Origin: a virus
Lineage: Duplodnaviria > Heunggongvirae > Uroviricota > Caudoviricetes
Virus record (IMG/VR): IMGVR_UViG_3300044618_002782
Location: 128,001-160,607 of that record
Strand: one strand, 5' to 3'
Length of the DNA: 32,607 nt
Made by a program: the position numbers and the translations under genes
The notes under the pieces: generated by a model
What the model was told of the DNA's origin: nothing
Seen by the model: only the letters and a program-made list of their open reading frames with translations
The model's database searches: none
Part shown: piece by piece, positions 1 to 8,343 of the stretch
Position numbering within the stretch: position 1 is the first letter of the stretch
Layout of the letters: the number at the start of each line of letters is the position of its first letter

Positions 1-168
1 TTGTACCATATTGCTGGAATCACAGACGTCATTGACAGCACCACAGTCATGAAACTGTATTATTCTGGTAGTGTCTCTGATCTAGTTTGGAAATTCAACA
101 CTCCAGCCACAGGCGCCTGGCAATCAGGCGCACACTTTGATCTTTCTGGCACATATCAAGTAGCTTAA
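1..168 (+). CDS. 3' end of a gene truncated by the window edge; possible virion/tail-fibre C-terminal domain
   Basis: Frame 1 is open from base 1 to TAA 166-168 (LYHIAGITDV...GAHFDLSGTYQVA*). The beta-rich FxLSGTY ending resembles fibre/spike tips; weak call. Confidence 0.55.
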   Translation: MYHIAGITDVIDSTTVMKLYYSGSVSDLVWKFNTPATGAWQSGAHFDLSGTYQVA

Positions 169-171
169 ATA
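166..171 (+). promoter_or_regulatory. T4-like late promoter core TAAATA
   Basis: TAAATA ends 4 nt before ATG 176; no SD; overlaps the upstream stop codon. Confidence 0.55.
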
Positions 172-175
172 CCAT

Positions 176-613
176 ATGAAAAAACTCATCCTATTCTTAC
201 TCGTAGTGCCTTGCTTGGCACTAGCACAACCCAAACAACGACCTGGAGTGACCTATGACGCTGTGATCACCAGAGTCATAGACGGCGACACAGTGGGCAT
301 ACAAGCCACTTGGTTACCAGCACCACTCAAACAGGAACTCAGTATCCGTGTGTTCGGAGTTGACACTCCTGAAAAGGGCTTTCGTGCTCAGTGCCCCAGT
401 GAAGCACAGCGTGGCGAAGCAGCCACAGCGTTTACCAAACAAATGATTGCCAACTCACAAAAGCGTCAAATTGTGCTCATGGACTGGGACAAATACGGCG
501 GGCGTGTGTTGGGCGATGTGCTGTTAAACGGTGTTAGCCTACGCCAGCAACTGATTGCCAACGGATTTGCACGTGAATACTACGGTGAAGCCAAAACATC
601 TTGGTGCAACTAA
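176..613 (+). CDS. Thermonuclease (SNase-like) with N-terminal signal peptide
   Basis: VIDGDT, IRVFGVDTPE, DKYGGRVLG and GFAREY motifs; hydrophobic N-terminus ending ALA. Confidence 0.9.
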   Translation: MKKLILFLLVVPCLALAQPKQRPGVTYDAVITRVIDGDTVGIQATWLPAPLKQELSIRVFGVDTPEKGFRAQCPSEAQRGEAATAFTKQMIANSQKRQIVLMDWDKYGGRVLGDVLLNGVSLRQQLIANGFAREYYGEAKTSWCN

Positions 614-621
614 CTCGCCCG

Positions 622-627
622 TAAATA
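622..627 (+). promoter_or_regulatory. T4-like late promoter core TAAATA, inside palindrome CCCGT-AAAT-ACGGG (618-631)
   Basis: TAAATA ends 4 nt before ATG 632. Confidence 0.55.
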
Positions 628-631
628 CGGG

Positions 632-1780
632 ATGACGAATTTCTATTGTGCCGCACCCTGGCGCGGCCTACATATCAATCCCAGGGGCGATGTAAAAACC
701 TGCTGTGCAGGTAACCCCAACATGTTGGGCAATCTCAATCAAAATTCAATTGTGGAAATACTCAATAGTACACAAATGAAAGAAATTAGATCCAGTTTAT
801 CGCAGGGAATCCCGCACGAGTACTGCAGTAATTGTGTACGTGCTGAAAGATTTGGTGCTGATTCAGAACGCAAGTGGCACAACAATGTCAATCCTGATTT
901 TGATTATGCCGCTGCCGGCACTGAATATCACTATCCAGTGATTGTGGATGTGCGGTGGAATACCACTTGTAATCTCAGTTGCAACTACTGCGGAGAGTTT
1001 TGCAGTTCAAAATGGTCTGCTATAAAAAACATACCATTCAAGTCAGGTGCCCGTCCCTACTACGATCAAGTGTGCGACTTTATTGAGCAACATCAAGAAC
1101 ACATTCACGAAGTGGCATTAGTCGGCGGCGAACCCTTGTTGTTGCCAGAAAATGAACGCCTGCTGGATGTTATACCTGCCGATGCAATTGTTACGCTGAT
1201 TACCAACCTCAATGTCAATTTAGAAAATAACAAAATTTTCAAGAAGTTGACAACCAGGAATAAGGTAGGCTGGAGCATGAGTTTTGATAACGTCGGAGAT
1301 CGATTTGAGTATGTTCGACACGGCAGCAATTGGAATCTGTTAAAGCAAAATTTAGCTACAGTCAAAGATCTCATGACCACACAAGGGCAGTGGGGCGGTA
1401 TACATGCAGTTTATAATATTTACAATGCTACTCGTGTGTGTGAATTGAGAGAGTTTGCCGAAGAACAAGGTGTTAGTGTGTTATGGCAAAACTTATTCCA
1501 GCCTGAATATCTGGATCCGTTTTTACACAACGGACAATTGGCTGAGTTAGCTGCAGCCGAGATCGAGCGTTTCTATAATCTAGGAATTACTCGTGACATG
1601 GATCGCAATTTTTTTGATCAAGCTTTAAGAACCTATCAAGGCAAAATTGGATCAACATCTACTATCGCTGCCAAGTTCCGACAACACATTGTTGTTAACG
1701 AAACTCGATATCACCCAGACAAGGCCGGCGAATTTGTTGAACTATGGCCTGAACTGAAATTTTTAATAGACACTCAATAA
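632..1780 (+). CDS. Radical SAM protein with N-terminal Twitch/SPASM-like Fe-S domain
   Basis: CNLSCNYC (CxxxCxxC), GGEPLL, and N-terminal CAAPW...GDVKTCC...CSNC. Confidence 0.9.
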   Translation: MTNFYCAAPWRGLHINPRGDVKTCCAGNPNMLGNLNQNSIVEILNSTQMKEIRSSLSQGIPHEYCSNCVRAERFGADSERKWHNNVNPDFDYAAAGTEYHYPVIVDVRWNTTCNLSCNYCGEFCSSKWSAIKNIPFKSGARPYYDQVCDFIEQHQEHIHEVALVGGEPLLLPENERLLDVIPADAIVTLITNLNVNLENNKIFKKLTTRNKVGWSMSFDNVGDRFEYVRHGSNWNLLKQNLATVKDLMTTQGQWGGIHAVYNIYNATRVCELREFAEEQGVSVLWQNLFQPEYLDPFLHNGQLAELAAAEIERFYNLGITRDMDRNFFDQALRTYQGKIGSTSTIAAKFRQHIVVNETRYHPDKAGEFVELWPELKFLIDTQ

Positions 1781-1783
1781 ATT

Positions 1784-2584
1784 ATGACTAAAGATACAGG
1801 ATATACCATAAACATCGCACCATCACTTAGTGATCAACCACCATTTCAACACAATTATTTTTACAAAGGATCGACTATACATTGGAATGGGTCAGACCAG
1901 TTAGAACTTTATGAAAAAAACATGCAAACAAGTTCCGCTTATATCTTATTGCAGAAACACGGATGGATAAATTCGACCATAGAATATTCGTACAACAGTC
2001 ATGGATTCAGATGTTTAGAATTTGATGATAAGCCGTGTGCGCTAGCATTGGGATGTAGTTTTACTGAAGGAACAGGTTTACATCTGTATCAAACTTGGTC
2101 TCGCCGTTTATCTTCAATGCTAGATTTTACAGTGCGGAATTTAGGAAGCGGCGGCGGCACAATTGATACAGTATTTAGAATATTGGAACACTACATTGAT
2201 CGGTTGAATACAAAATATATTTTTCTGTTGATACCTCCTGTAAATAGACTTGAGTATTGCGACATCGAAAATGAATTTCCTGTAATACACCCATCCAATA
2301 TTAGGAATCATAAAAGTTTTGCCAAGGAATGGTTATCTCAACCGTTTAACGGAATTTATAACACAAAGAAAACCTTACTTGCTATAGAACAATTATGTGC
2401 AAAAGCTAACATTCCGCTATTTACATATTGCTCTCATGATGCACTTTCCGAGTATATTCATAATGACACTAGAAACACTGATTTTGCCAGAGATTTAATG
2501 CATCCAGGAGTTTCATATCAGGAATACGTGGCAAACATAATGTATTCAAAATTTCAATCTTTCAATAAAGCACACTATGGGTAA
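1784..2584 (+). CDS. SGNH/GDSL-hydrolase-like protein
   Basis: LGCSFTEG (block I-like), NLGSGG (block II), DLMHPG (DxxHP). Confidence 0.6.
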   Translation: MTKDTGYTINIAPSLSDQPPFQHNYFYKGSTIHWNGSDQLELYEKNMQTSSAYILLQKHGWINSTIEYSYNSHGFRCLEFDDKPCALALGCSFTEGTGLHLYQTWSRRLSSMLDFTVRNLGSGGGTIDTVFRILEHYIDRLNTKYIFLLIPPVNRLEYCDIENEFPVIHPSNIRNHKSFAKEWLSQPFNGIYNTKKTLLAIEQLCAKANIPLFTYCSHDALSEYIHNDTRNTDFARDLMHPGVSYQEYVANIMYSKFQSFNKAHYG

Positions 2585-4127
2585 CAACACAGAATCGGCA
2601 CTGGTCAAGTCCCCACATCAGAGAAATCTGTATACCGACCAACAAATACAAGAATTCATGGCTTGTGCTGACCCAGTAATGGGTCCTTTGTATTTTATGG
2701 ACAATTTCTTTTTTATACAGCATCCTACCCGCGGGCGCATGTTGTATCACCCATTTCCGTATCAAACTCGACTGATTGAAGTATATCATAACTATCGTTA
2801 CAGCATATCGATGATGCCAAGGCAAACAGGCAAGTCAACTAGTGCTGCTGGATATCTCTTATGGTATGCTATGTTTGTGCCAGATTCTACCATACTGGTA
2901 GCAGCACACAAGTACACAGGCTCTCAAGAAATCATGCAGCGTGTCCGCTATGCTTATGAAAGTGTTCCAGATCATATACGTGCCGGGGCCACAAACTACA
3001 ACAAAGGCTCGATAGAATTTGACAACGGAAGTCGTATTGTGTCAGCTACCACAACTGAAAACACCGGTCGAGGTATGAGTATTTCGCTCTTGTATGCTGA
3101 CGAATTTGCATTTGTGCGTCCCACTATTGCCACAGAATTCTGGACTTCGATATCACCTACCTTGGCAACAGGTGGTAAGGCCATTATTACATCGACGCCA
3201 AACTCAGACGAAGACCAGTTTGCCTTACTATGGAAAGGTGCCAATAAGTGTGAAGACGAGTATGGCAATCCAACTGAAGTGGGACAGAACGGATTCCGAG
3301 CCTATCGAAGCTTTTGGAATGAGCACCCCGACAGAGACGAAACCTGGGCTCAACAACAACGTGCTGCTTTAGGAGTTGATCGTTTCCGTAGAGAAATGGA
3401 TTGCGAATTCATTATTGCAGACGAAACACTGATTGCTCCTACTACACTAATTGACTTAGAAGGATGTAATCCTTTGTATAAGACCGGCGAAGTGCGATGG
3501 TATAAAAAACCCTCTGCAGATCGCATCTATGTAGTAGGACTTGATCCCAGTCTGGGTACTGGGGGAGATCCTGCTGCAATACAGGTATTCGAAGCAAACT
3601 CAACTGAGCAGGTAGCCGAATGGCGACACAACCGCACTGATATTCCATCACAAATTCGCATCTTAGCCGACATTATTCGACACATCAACGATGTAGTGCG
3701 TGATCCTAAAAGTATCTATTACAGTGTGGAAAACAATTCAATCGGCGAAGCTGCTCTAATCAGCATTGCTGAATACGGCGAAGAAAACATACAGGGCTAT
3801 TTCTTAAGTGAGCCTGGAAAAAATCGCAAAGGATTCAACACATCAAACAAGCCCAAATTGGCAGCTTGTGCAAAATTCAAGCATCTGATAGAAAGCAATC
3901 GAATGACAATTTCCAGTCCCAGTCTTGTAACCGAATTGAAGAATTTTGTAGCACACGGTGTCGGCTATGCAGCTAAACCAGGCGAAACTGACGATTTGAT
4001 CATGGCAACTTTGTTGGTAACACGCATGCTGCAGGTACTGCAAAGCTATCACAGTGAACTAGACACTCAAATGCGAGATCACCAAGACAGCATCATTGAA
4101 CCTTTGCCGTTCATTATGTCAATGTAA
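2577..4127 (+). CDS. terL: Terminase large subunit (T4 gp17-like)
   Basis: YQ adenine motif, PRQTGKST Walker A, YADEFAF Walker B, TSTPN, nuclease GLDPSLG and ETDDLIMA. Confidence 0.95.
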   Translation: MGNNTESALVKSPHQRNLYTDQQIQEFMACADPVMGPLYFMDNFFFIQHPTRGRMLYHPFPYQTRLIEVYHNYRYSISMMPRQTGKSTSAAGYLLWYAMFVPDSTILVAAHKYTGSQEIMQRVRYAYESVPDHIRAGATNYNKGSIEFDNGSRIVSATTTENTGRGMSISLLYADEFAFVRPTIATEFWTSISPTLATGGKAIITSTPNSDEDQFALLWKGANKCEDEYGNPTEVGQNGFRAYRSFWNEHPDRDETWAQQQRAALGVDRFRREMDCEFIIADETLIAPTTLIDLEGCNPLYKTGEVRWYKKPSADRIYVVGLDPSLGTGGDPAAIQVFEANSTEQVAEWRHNRTDIPSQIRILADIIRHINDVVRDPKSIYYSVENNSIGEAALISIAEYGEENIQGYFLSEPGKNRKGFNTSNKPKLAACAKFKHLIESNRMTISSPSLVTELKNFVAHGVGYAAKPGETDDLIMATLLVTRMLQVLQSYHSELDTQMRDHQDSIIEPLPFIMSM

Positions 4128-4133
4128 TAAATA
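4128..4133 (+). promoter_or_regulatory. T4-like late promoter core TAAATA
   Basis: AATAAATA ends 5 nt before ATG 4139; no SD. Confidence 0.55.
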
Positions 4134-4138
4134 CAATT

Positions 4139-5518
4139 ATGCAGAATTCACCACAAACTCAACTATACAATATCTTAATCACCCGGGACTTTGAGCCTGA
4201 GATTTTGGATGCCAAGGGCGTAGCCGTAGACAACCCAGACGAAGCTACAATGTTTAGTTTTGATTGGAAAACTGAAAACAAAAATTACGGAACTGTGGTA
4301 ATTTTATTCGGTGAAGACAACAACTTAAAAATATTTTTCGGTGATAATCTTGGTCGCAGCATGGAAGGTGCCGACAAAAGCGAATGGTACGAATTCTTAA
4401 ATCAAATAAAGGAATTCAGTGTTCGTAACAACTTAATGGGATTTGATATCGAAAATCTCAACCGTCTCAAGTACACCATGCAAGGCATTGCAGCCATCAA
4501 AGAAGGCCTGTTTGAAGGCTATTACGGTAACAAGAAGTTCAGCTACAGTGATCAACCCAAGCAGGTCAAACTGGTAATCAAACACAATCGTCCCTTGGGC
4601 GAAGGTGACAAGCGTTACAGAAATATTGAAAGCTTGTTTGTGGAAACACAGGATGGTGAACGATTCAAAGTTCCTAGCAAAAATCTTGCTCACGGAAGAA
4701 TGCTGTCGCGACATATCAGCGAAGGCGGAAATCCTTACGATGCTTTTGGTCAGCACATTAACGAAATTGTCAGCGAAATGAGTACACTGTCTAAATTTGT
4801 ACGAGCTGCTAGAAGCAAGCAGTTCAGTGGCGACGCTGCTGCTATGTGCGAAACTGCTATTCGTCATTATCAAGACCTCAAAGACAAAGCCAAACGAATT
4901 ATAAGTCAACGCGGGTATCATCGCGAATTAGAAAGCTACGATCCTGCAGCAGCAACCAATGCACAGGATCTAACTGATTCAATTAGAAACATGTTTATTG
5001 AGCAGTCACTGGACAGCAGAATTGAAGAAGCTATTCCGTTGTTGACAAAACTATCCGAAATGGGAAGATACAACGACATGAAAGAAGCAGATCAATTTGA
5101 ATCCTGGGCTGATTCAGTAACTGAAGGTACTTGGGCAACTCCCGACTCGCCTGCTAGTGAATCAAAATTGAAAGAACTCATGGCACAAGAGATGCCAGTG
5201 GGGCCAGATGCAACCAATGCCACAGAACAACTGTATGATGTGTTTGGCGACGACGAATTGTTCGATCAGCTGGCTGACTTGGCTGCTGAAGATGCCAACG
5301 CCGACGCTAGACCTTTGGTGCAAGCCAGATTGGCCGAACTAGGGATCAATATAGAGATCCCTCCCACTGACCCGACTGCTGCTGCAACACCACCCCAAGA
5401 TCAAGAATCAGTGCAAGCTGAGAATTTGGATGTGGATGGTGTTATGATGACCAAGCCCAGTAATATGAGCAGTGAGAGTGTAGAGCGTATTTTGCGATTG
5501 GCACAACTGCTCAAATAA
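4139..5518 (+). CDS. Hypothetical protein, possibly a head/virion-internal protein
   Basis: 459-aa ORF behind a late motif, next to terminase; acidic low-complexity C-terminal third ending ERILRLAQLLK. Confidence 0.6.
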   Translation: MQNSPQTQLYNILITRDFEPEILDAKGVAVDNPDEATMFSFDWKTENKNYGTVVILFGEDNNLKIFFGDNLGRSMEGADKSEWYEFLNQIKEFSVRNNLMGFDIENLNRLKYTMQGIAAIKEGLFEGYYGNKKFSYSDQPKQVKLVIKHNRPLGEGDKRYRNIESLFVETQDGERFKVPSKNLAHGRMLSRHISEGGNPYDAFGQHINEIVSEMSTLSKFVRAARSKQFSGDAAAMCETAIRHYQDLKDKAKRIISQRGYHRELESYDPAAATNAQDLTDSIRNMFIEQSLDSRIEEAIPLLTKLSEMGRYNDMKEADQFESWADSVTEGTWATPDSPASESKLKELMAQEMPVGPDATNATEQLYDVFGDDELFDQLADLAAEDANADARPLVQARLAELGINIEIPPTDPTAAATPPQDQESVQAENLDVDGVMMTKPSNMSSESVERILRLAQLLK

Positions 5519-5539
5519 ATTTATAAATTTTTACATAGA

Positions 5540-5547
5540 TATAAATA
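5540..5547 (+). promoter_or_regulatory. T4-type late promoter TATAAATA
   Basis: Perfect match to the T4 gp55 consensus in the intergenic region upstream of the endonuclease gene. Confidence 0.65.
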
Positions 5548-5564
5548 GTATTAAGATTTAAAAA

Positions 5565-5597
5565 CAACTTAAACAGGCAACTTAAACAGGCAACTTA
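5565..5597 (+). repeat. Tandem 13-bp repeat CAACTTAAACAGG, 2.5 copies
   Basis: Copies at 5565-5577 and 5578-5590, partial CAACTTA at 5591-5597. Confidence 0.9.
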
Positions 5598-5602
5598 TTA
5601 AA

Positions 5603-6331
5603 ATGATACCATATACATATCTCATCAGATGGACCCAGCTAAACATTAGTTACTACGGCGTTAGATACGCTCAAGATTGCGACCCAGGTGATCTTTGGAA
5701 TCCATACAAAACCTCATCCAAATACGTAGCAGAATTTATTGCTCGATACGGCGAGCCTGACGTTATCCAGGTGCGTAAAACATTTACGGACGTTTCTGTT
5801 GCTCAAAACTGGGAGCATCGTGTATTGAAACGGGCAAGGGCAGTTAGTAGTGATAAATGGTTGAACAGAACGGATAACAAGTCTATTGCTCCGCTATATG
5901 GAGTAGACCATCCGCACTACGGTAAAAAAGGTGAAGCTCATCATTCCTACGGTAAACCAAATACAGGAGCCTCAAAGGCACAAACGCAAAAGTGGGCTAA
6001 TTTTGTTGGTCAGCATCCTTGGAGTGATCCAGAATTTATATCTCGTAATGTAGCAAGCAAAAGTGGTGATAATCATCATATGAAAAAAGCAGATGTAGCA
6101 GAGAAAATATCTGGTAAAAATAACTGGATATACCAAAAGCCTGGTGCGTTAGAAGCAAGAAGCAAACAGTTTATAGAAATGAACAAGGCTCGCAAAGGCA
6201 CGCACTACCGTAGGGTAGACTGTAAGTATTGTGGCAAAGATTACTCCTCTGTACAAATCAACCAGCACGAAAAGAGATGCGAAACGAATTTAGCCAGATT
6301 AGTAGCAAACACGAAACAATGTCGTGTATAA
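5603..6331 (+). CDS. Free-standing GIY-YIG (Seg-like) homing endonuclease with NUMOD3-like repeats and C-terminal zinc finger
   Basis: YTYLI-x7-YYGVR, conserved E (NWEHRVL) and N (WLN); repeats GVDHPHYGK/GEAHHSYGK/GDNHHMK; CKYC-x12-H-x3-C. Confidence 0.75.
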   Translation: MIPYTYLIRWTQLNISYYGVRYAQDCDPGDLWNPYKTSSKYVAEFIARYGEPDVIQVRKTFTDVSVAQNWEHRVLKRARAVSSDKWLNRTDNKSIAPLYGVDHPHYGKKGEAHHSYGKPNTGASKAQTQKWANFVGQHPWSDPEFISRNVASKSGDNHHMKKADVAEKISGKNNWIYQKPGALEARSKQFIEMNKARKGTHYRRVDCKYCGKDYSSVQINQHEKRCETNLARLVANTKQCRV

Positions 6332-6332
6332 T
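6303..6332 (+). promoter_or_regulatory. Sigma70-like promoter for gene 32, embedded in the endonuclease 3' end
   Basis: TAGCAA (6303-6308), 18-nt spacer, TATAAT (6327-6332) overlapping the stop codon. Confidence 0.5.
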
Positions 6333-6345
6333 AGCATTGTAGTAA

Positions 6346-6406
6346 GGCAACATTTAAGACAACTTAACTTAAATCATATTAAATCAACTTAGAGAGAAAA
6401 TACAAA
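6346..6406 (+). promoter_or_regulatory. Putative gene-32 translational autoregulatory leader (A/U-rich, G-poor, CAACTTA/TTAAA repeats)
   Basis: GGCAACATTTAAGACAACTTAACTTAAATCATATTAAATCAACTTAG upstream of ATG 6407; the T4 gene 32 operator is an unstructured UUAAA-repeat region. Confidence 0.55.
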
Positions 6407-7399
6407 ATGGCCAGCTTAGCAGAAATCAGAGCAAGACTCCAAGCAGCAGAATCAAACAAAGGTGGACAATCATCCGGTGGTGGCGATAATGCAATTTATC
6501 CGCACTGGAATATGGAAGAAGGTAGTTCCGCACTCCTGCGTTTTCTTCCAGACGCAAACTCCAAAAACACATTTTTCTGGGTCGAACGAGCAATGATTCG
6601 TTTGCCGTTCAATGGCATCAAAGGAGAGATGGATTCTAAACAGGTACAAGTACAAGTACCATGCGTAGAAATGTGGGGCGAGGCATGCCCAATTCTAGCC
6701 GAAGTACGCGGCTGGTTCAAAGACAAGAGTCTTGAAGAAATGGGTCGCAAGTACTGGAAGAAGCGTAGCTACGTGTTCCAGGGCTTTGTGCGTGAGAATC
6801 CCATTACCGAAGACCGCACACCAGAAAATCCAATTCGTCGTTTCATTATCGGTCCGCAAATCTTTGCAACCATTAAGTCGGCTCTTATGGATCCTGAACT
6901 TGAGGAATTGCCAACAGACATGTTGCGTGGTCTGGACTTCCGTATTGCTAAAACCAGCAAGGGCGGATATGCCGACTACAACACAAGCAAGTGGTCACGC
7001 AAAGAATCAGCCTTGACCGAAGCTGAACAAGCAGCAGTTGAGCAATATGGATTATTTGATCTTTCTTCATTCATGCCCAAGAAACCAACTGATGTTGAAC
7101 TAAAGGTCATGAAAGAAATGTTTGAAGCTTCGGTGGATGGTCAACCGTATGACACAGAGCGGTGGGGACAGTACTACCGGCCGGCCGGAGTTCAGGCACC
7201 AGCAGGATCGTCAACAGAGTCAGCGACACCAGCAGTTGCAGCAGTAGCTAAATCTTCTGCACCAGTCGACGATGACGTTCCATTTGAGCCAGATGCTCCT
7301 GCACCTGCAGCAGCGGCGTCGCCGGTTGAAGCCAAACCAGCCGGCGGGCAAAATGCACAGGACATCTTGGCTATGATCCGGGCTCGTAATCAGAAGTAA
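6407..7399 (+). CDS. 32: Single-stranded DNA-binding protein (T4 gp32-like)
   Basis: LRFLP, CPIL, YWKKRSY, G(L)DFRI.K and GYADYNTSKW motifs; located beside uvsX/uvsY. Confidence 0.88.
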   Translation: MASLAEIRARLQAAESNKGGQSSGGGDNAIYPHWNMEEGSSALLRFLPDANSKNTFFWVERAMIRLPFNGIKGEMDSKQVQVQVPCVEMWGEACPILAEVRGWFKDKSLEEMGRKYWKKRSYVFQGFVRENPITEDRTPENPIRRFIIGPQIFATIKSALMDPELEELPTDMLRGLDFRIAKTSKGGYADYNTSKWSRKESALTEAEQAAVEQYGLFDLSSFMPKKPTDVELKVMKEMFEASVDGQPYDTERWGQYYRPAGVQAPAGSSTESATPAVAAVAKSSAPVDDDVPFEPDAPAPAAAASPVEAKPAGGQNAQDILAMIRARNQK

Positions 7400-7409
7400 A
7401 CTTAACTCA

Positions 7410-7432
7410 GCAGAGGATTAATAATCCTCTGC
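7410..7432 (+). terminator. Stem-loop downstream of gene 32 (terminator or mRNA-stabilising hairpin)
   Basis: GCAGAGGATT-AAT-AATCCTCTGC, perfect 10-bp stem; no clear U-tract. Confidence 0.5.
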
Positions 7433-7441
7433 ATCTATATT

Positions 7442-8341
7442 ATGTATTTTTGTTTGGCATTTGAGAACTCAGGGGATGTACTACCGTTTGAATCTGTTAA
7501 CTCAGAAATTCTTGAGTATTATGTTGATTGTTTAAATCAACTTAAAATTAATTATTTTAAGATTTTTAATCCCACAGCCGAGACGATCCAGCAAAATATA
7601 AATGGATTAGACTCAATTATACAAAAGTTTAATGATATGCCAATACAGCATATCATCAATACCGATATTCACAGACCAAACCATCTAACTTATTTAGATC
7701 AGTCTTATCTTAATAAATTACATGCAGATTGGGTAAGTTTTCAAAAACAGCAATACGTGATTGTGGATCAACGTAAAAGATATAACAATTCTGAAATAGT
7801 GGAACAAATACATAACATTTATCCAGACGAGTTGCCGGTTGTTCGGGTAGGCGATATTTTAGACAAATTACATGTCAAAAAAGAGTTCGATGACATAAAT
7901 CTTTATGTACATCAGCTGGAATCAATATTTAAATATGTTCGTGCTAAGTCCGAGATTGAGAATTGGATTGAAATGTCAAATCCTTTTCCTAAGAGTTGTC
8001 TCAGTAACAGTACTGCTAATTTATCAATAGACTTTAATCATTTAGGACGTACACTGTATGACAAGTTTCAAAACTTTGATACTGATTTGATGTACGACGA
8101 CGAAAACTCCTACAACGAATTATTAAATTACGTAGCCATTAGGATCAAACCTCCCGAGACAATTTCAATGAGCGTAGAGTATGTGGAGTCGTGTCGTCGG
8201 AACAATCGCGAACCAATTGGCAATTTTTTAAATATTGGTAATCTTATTAATTTAAATGATAACTTGACAAAGTACAGGCAAATCTTGTATAAAAATATAC
8301 AAGCGAATAATAGATTCTCAATTATATTACACAAGGAATAA
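7442..8341 (+). CDS. Hypothetical protein (AT-rich accessory gene)
   Basis: 299-aa ORF, no recognised motif. Confidence 0.75.
   Translation: MYFCLAFENSGDVLPFESVNSEILEYYVDCLNQLKINYFKIFNPTAETIQQNINGLDSIIQKFNDMPIQHIINTDIHRPNHLTYLDQSYLNKLHADWVSFQKQQYVIVDQRKRYNNSEIVEQIHNIYPDELPVVRVGDILDKLHVKKEFDDINLYVHQLESIFKYVRAKSEIENWIEMSNPFPKSCLSNSTANLSIDFNHLGRTLYDKFQNFDTDLMYDDENSYNELLNYVAIRIKPPETISMSVEYVESCRRNNREPIGNFLNIGNLINLNDNLTKYRQILYKNIQANNRFSIILHKE
8264..8293 (+). promoter_or_regulatory. Possible sigma70-like promoter for uvsX
   Basis: TTGACA (8264-8269), 18 nt, TATAAA (8288-8293); SD AAGGA before ATG 8344. Confidence 0.4.
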
Positions 8342-8343
8342 AC

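Noticed and set aside
2577-4127. Intein or intron in terminase (also considered for uvsX and uvsW)
   Set aside because: Lengths are normal, motifs contiguous, and no C...HN splicing signatures were seen
5517-5530. Perfect palindrome AAATTTATAAATTT
   Set aside because: All A/T within a very AT-rich gap; not distinguishable from background
5603-6331. Group I intron around the endonuclease
   Set aside because: The flanking genes are complete and the flanks are short and unstructured, so it is free-standing
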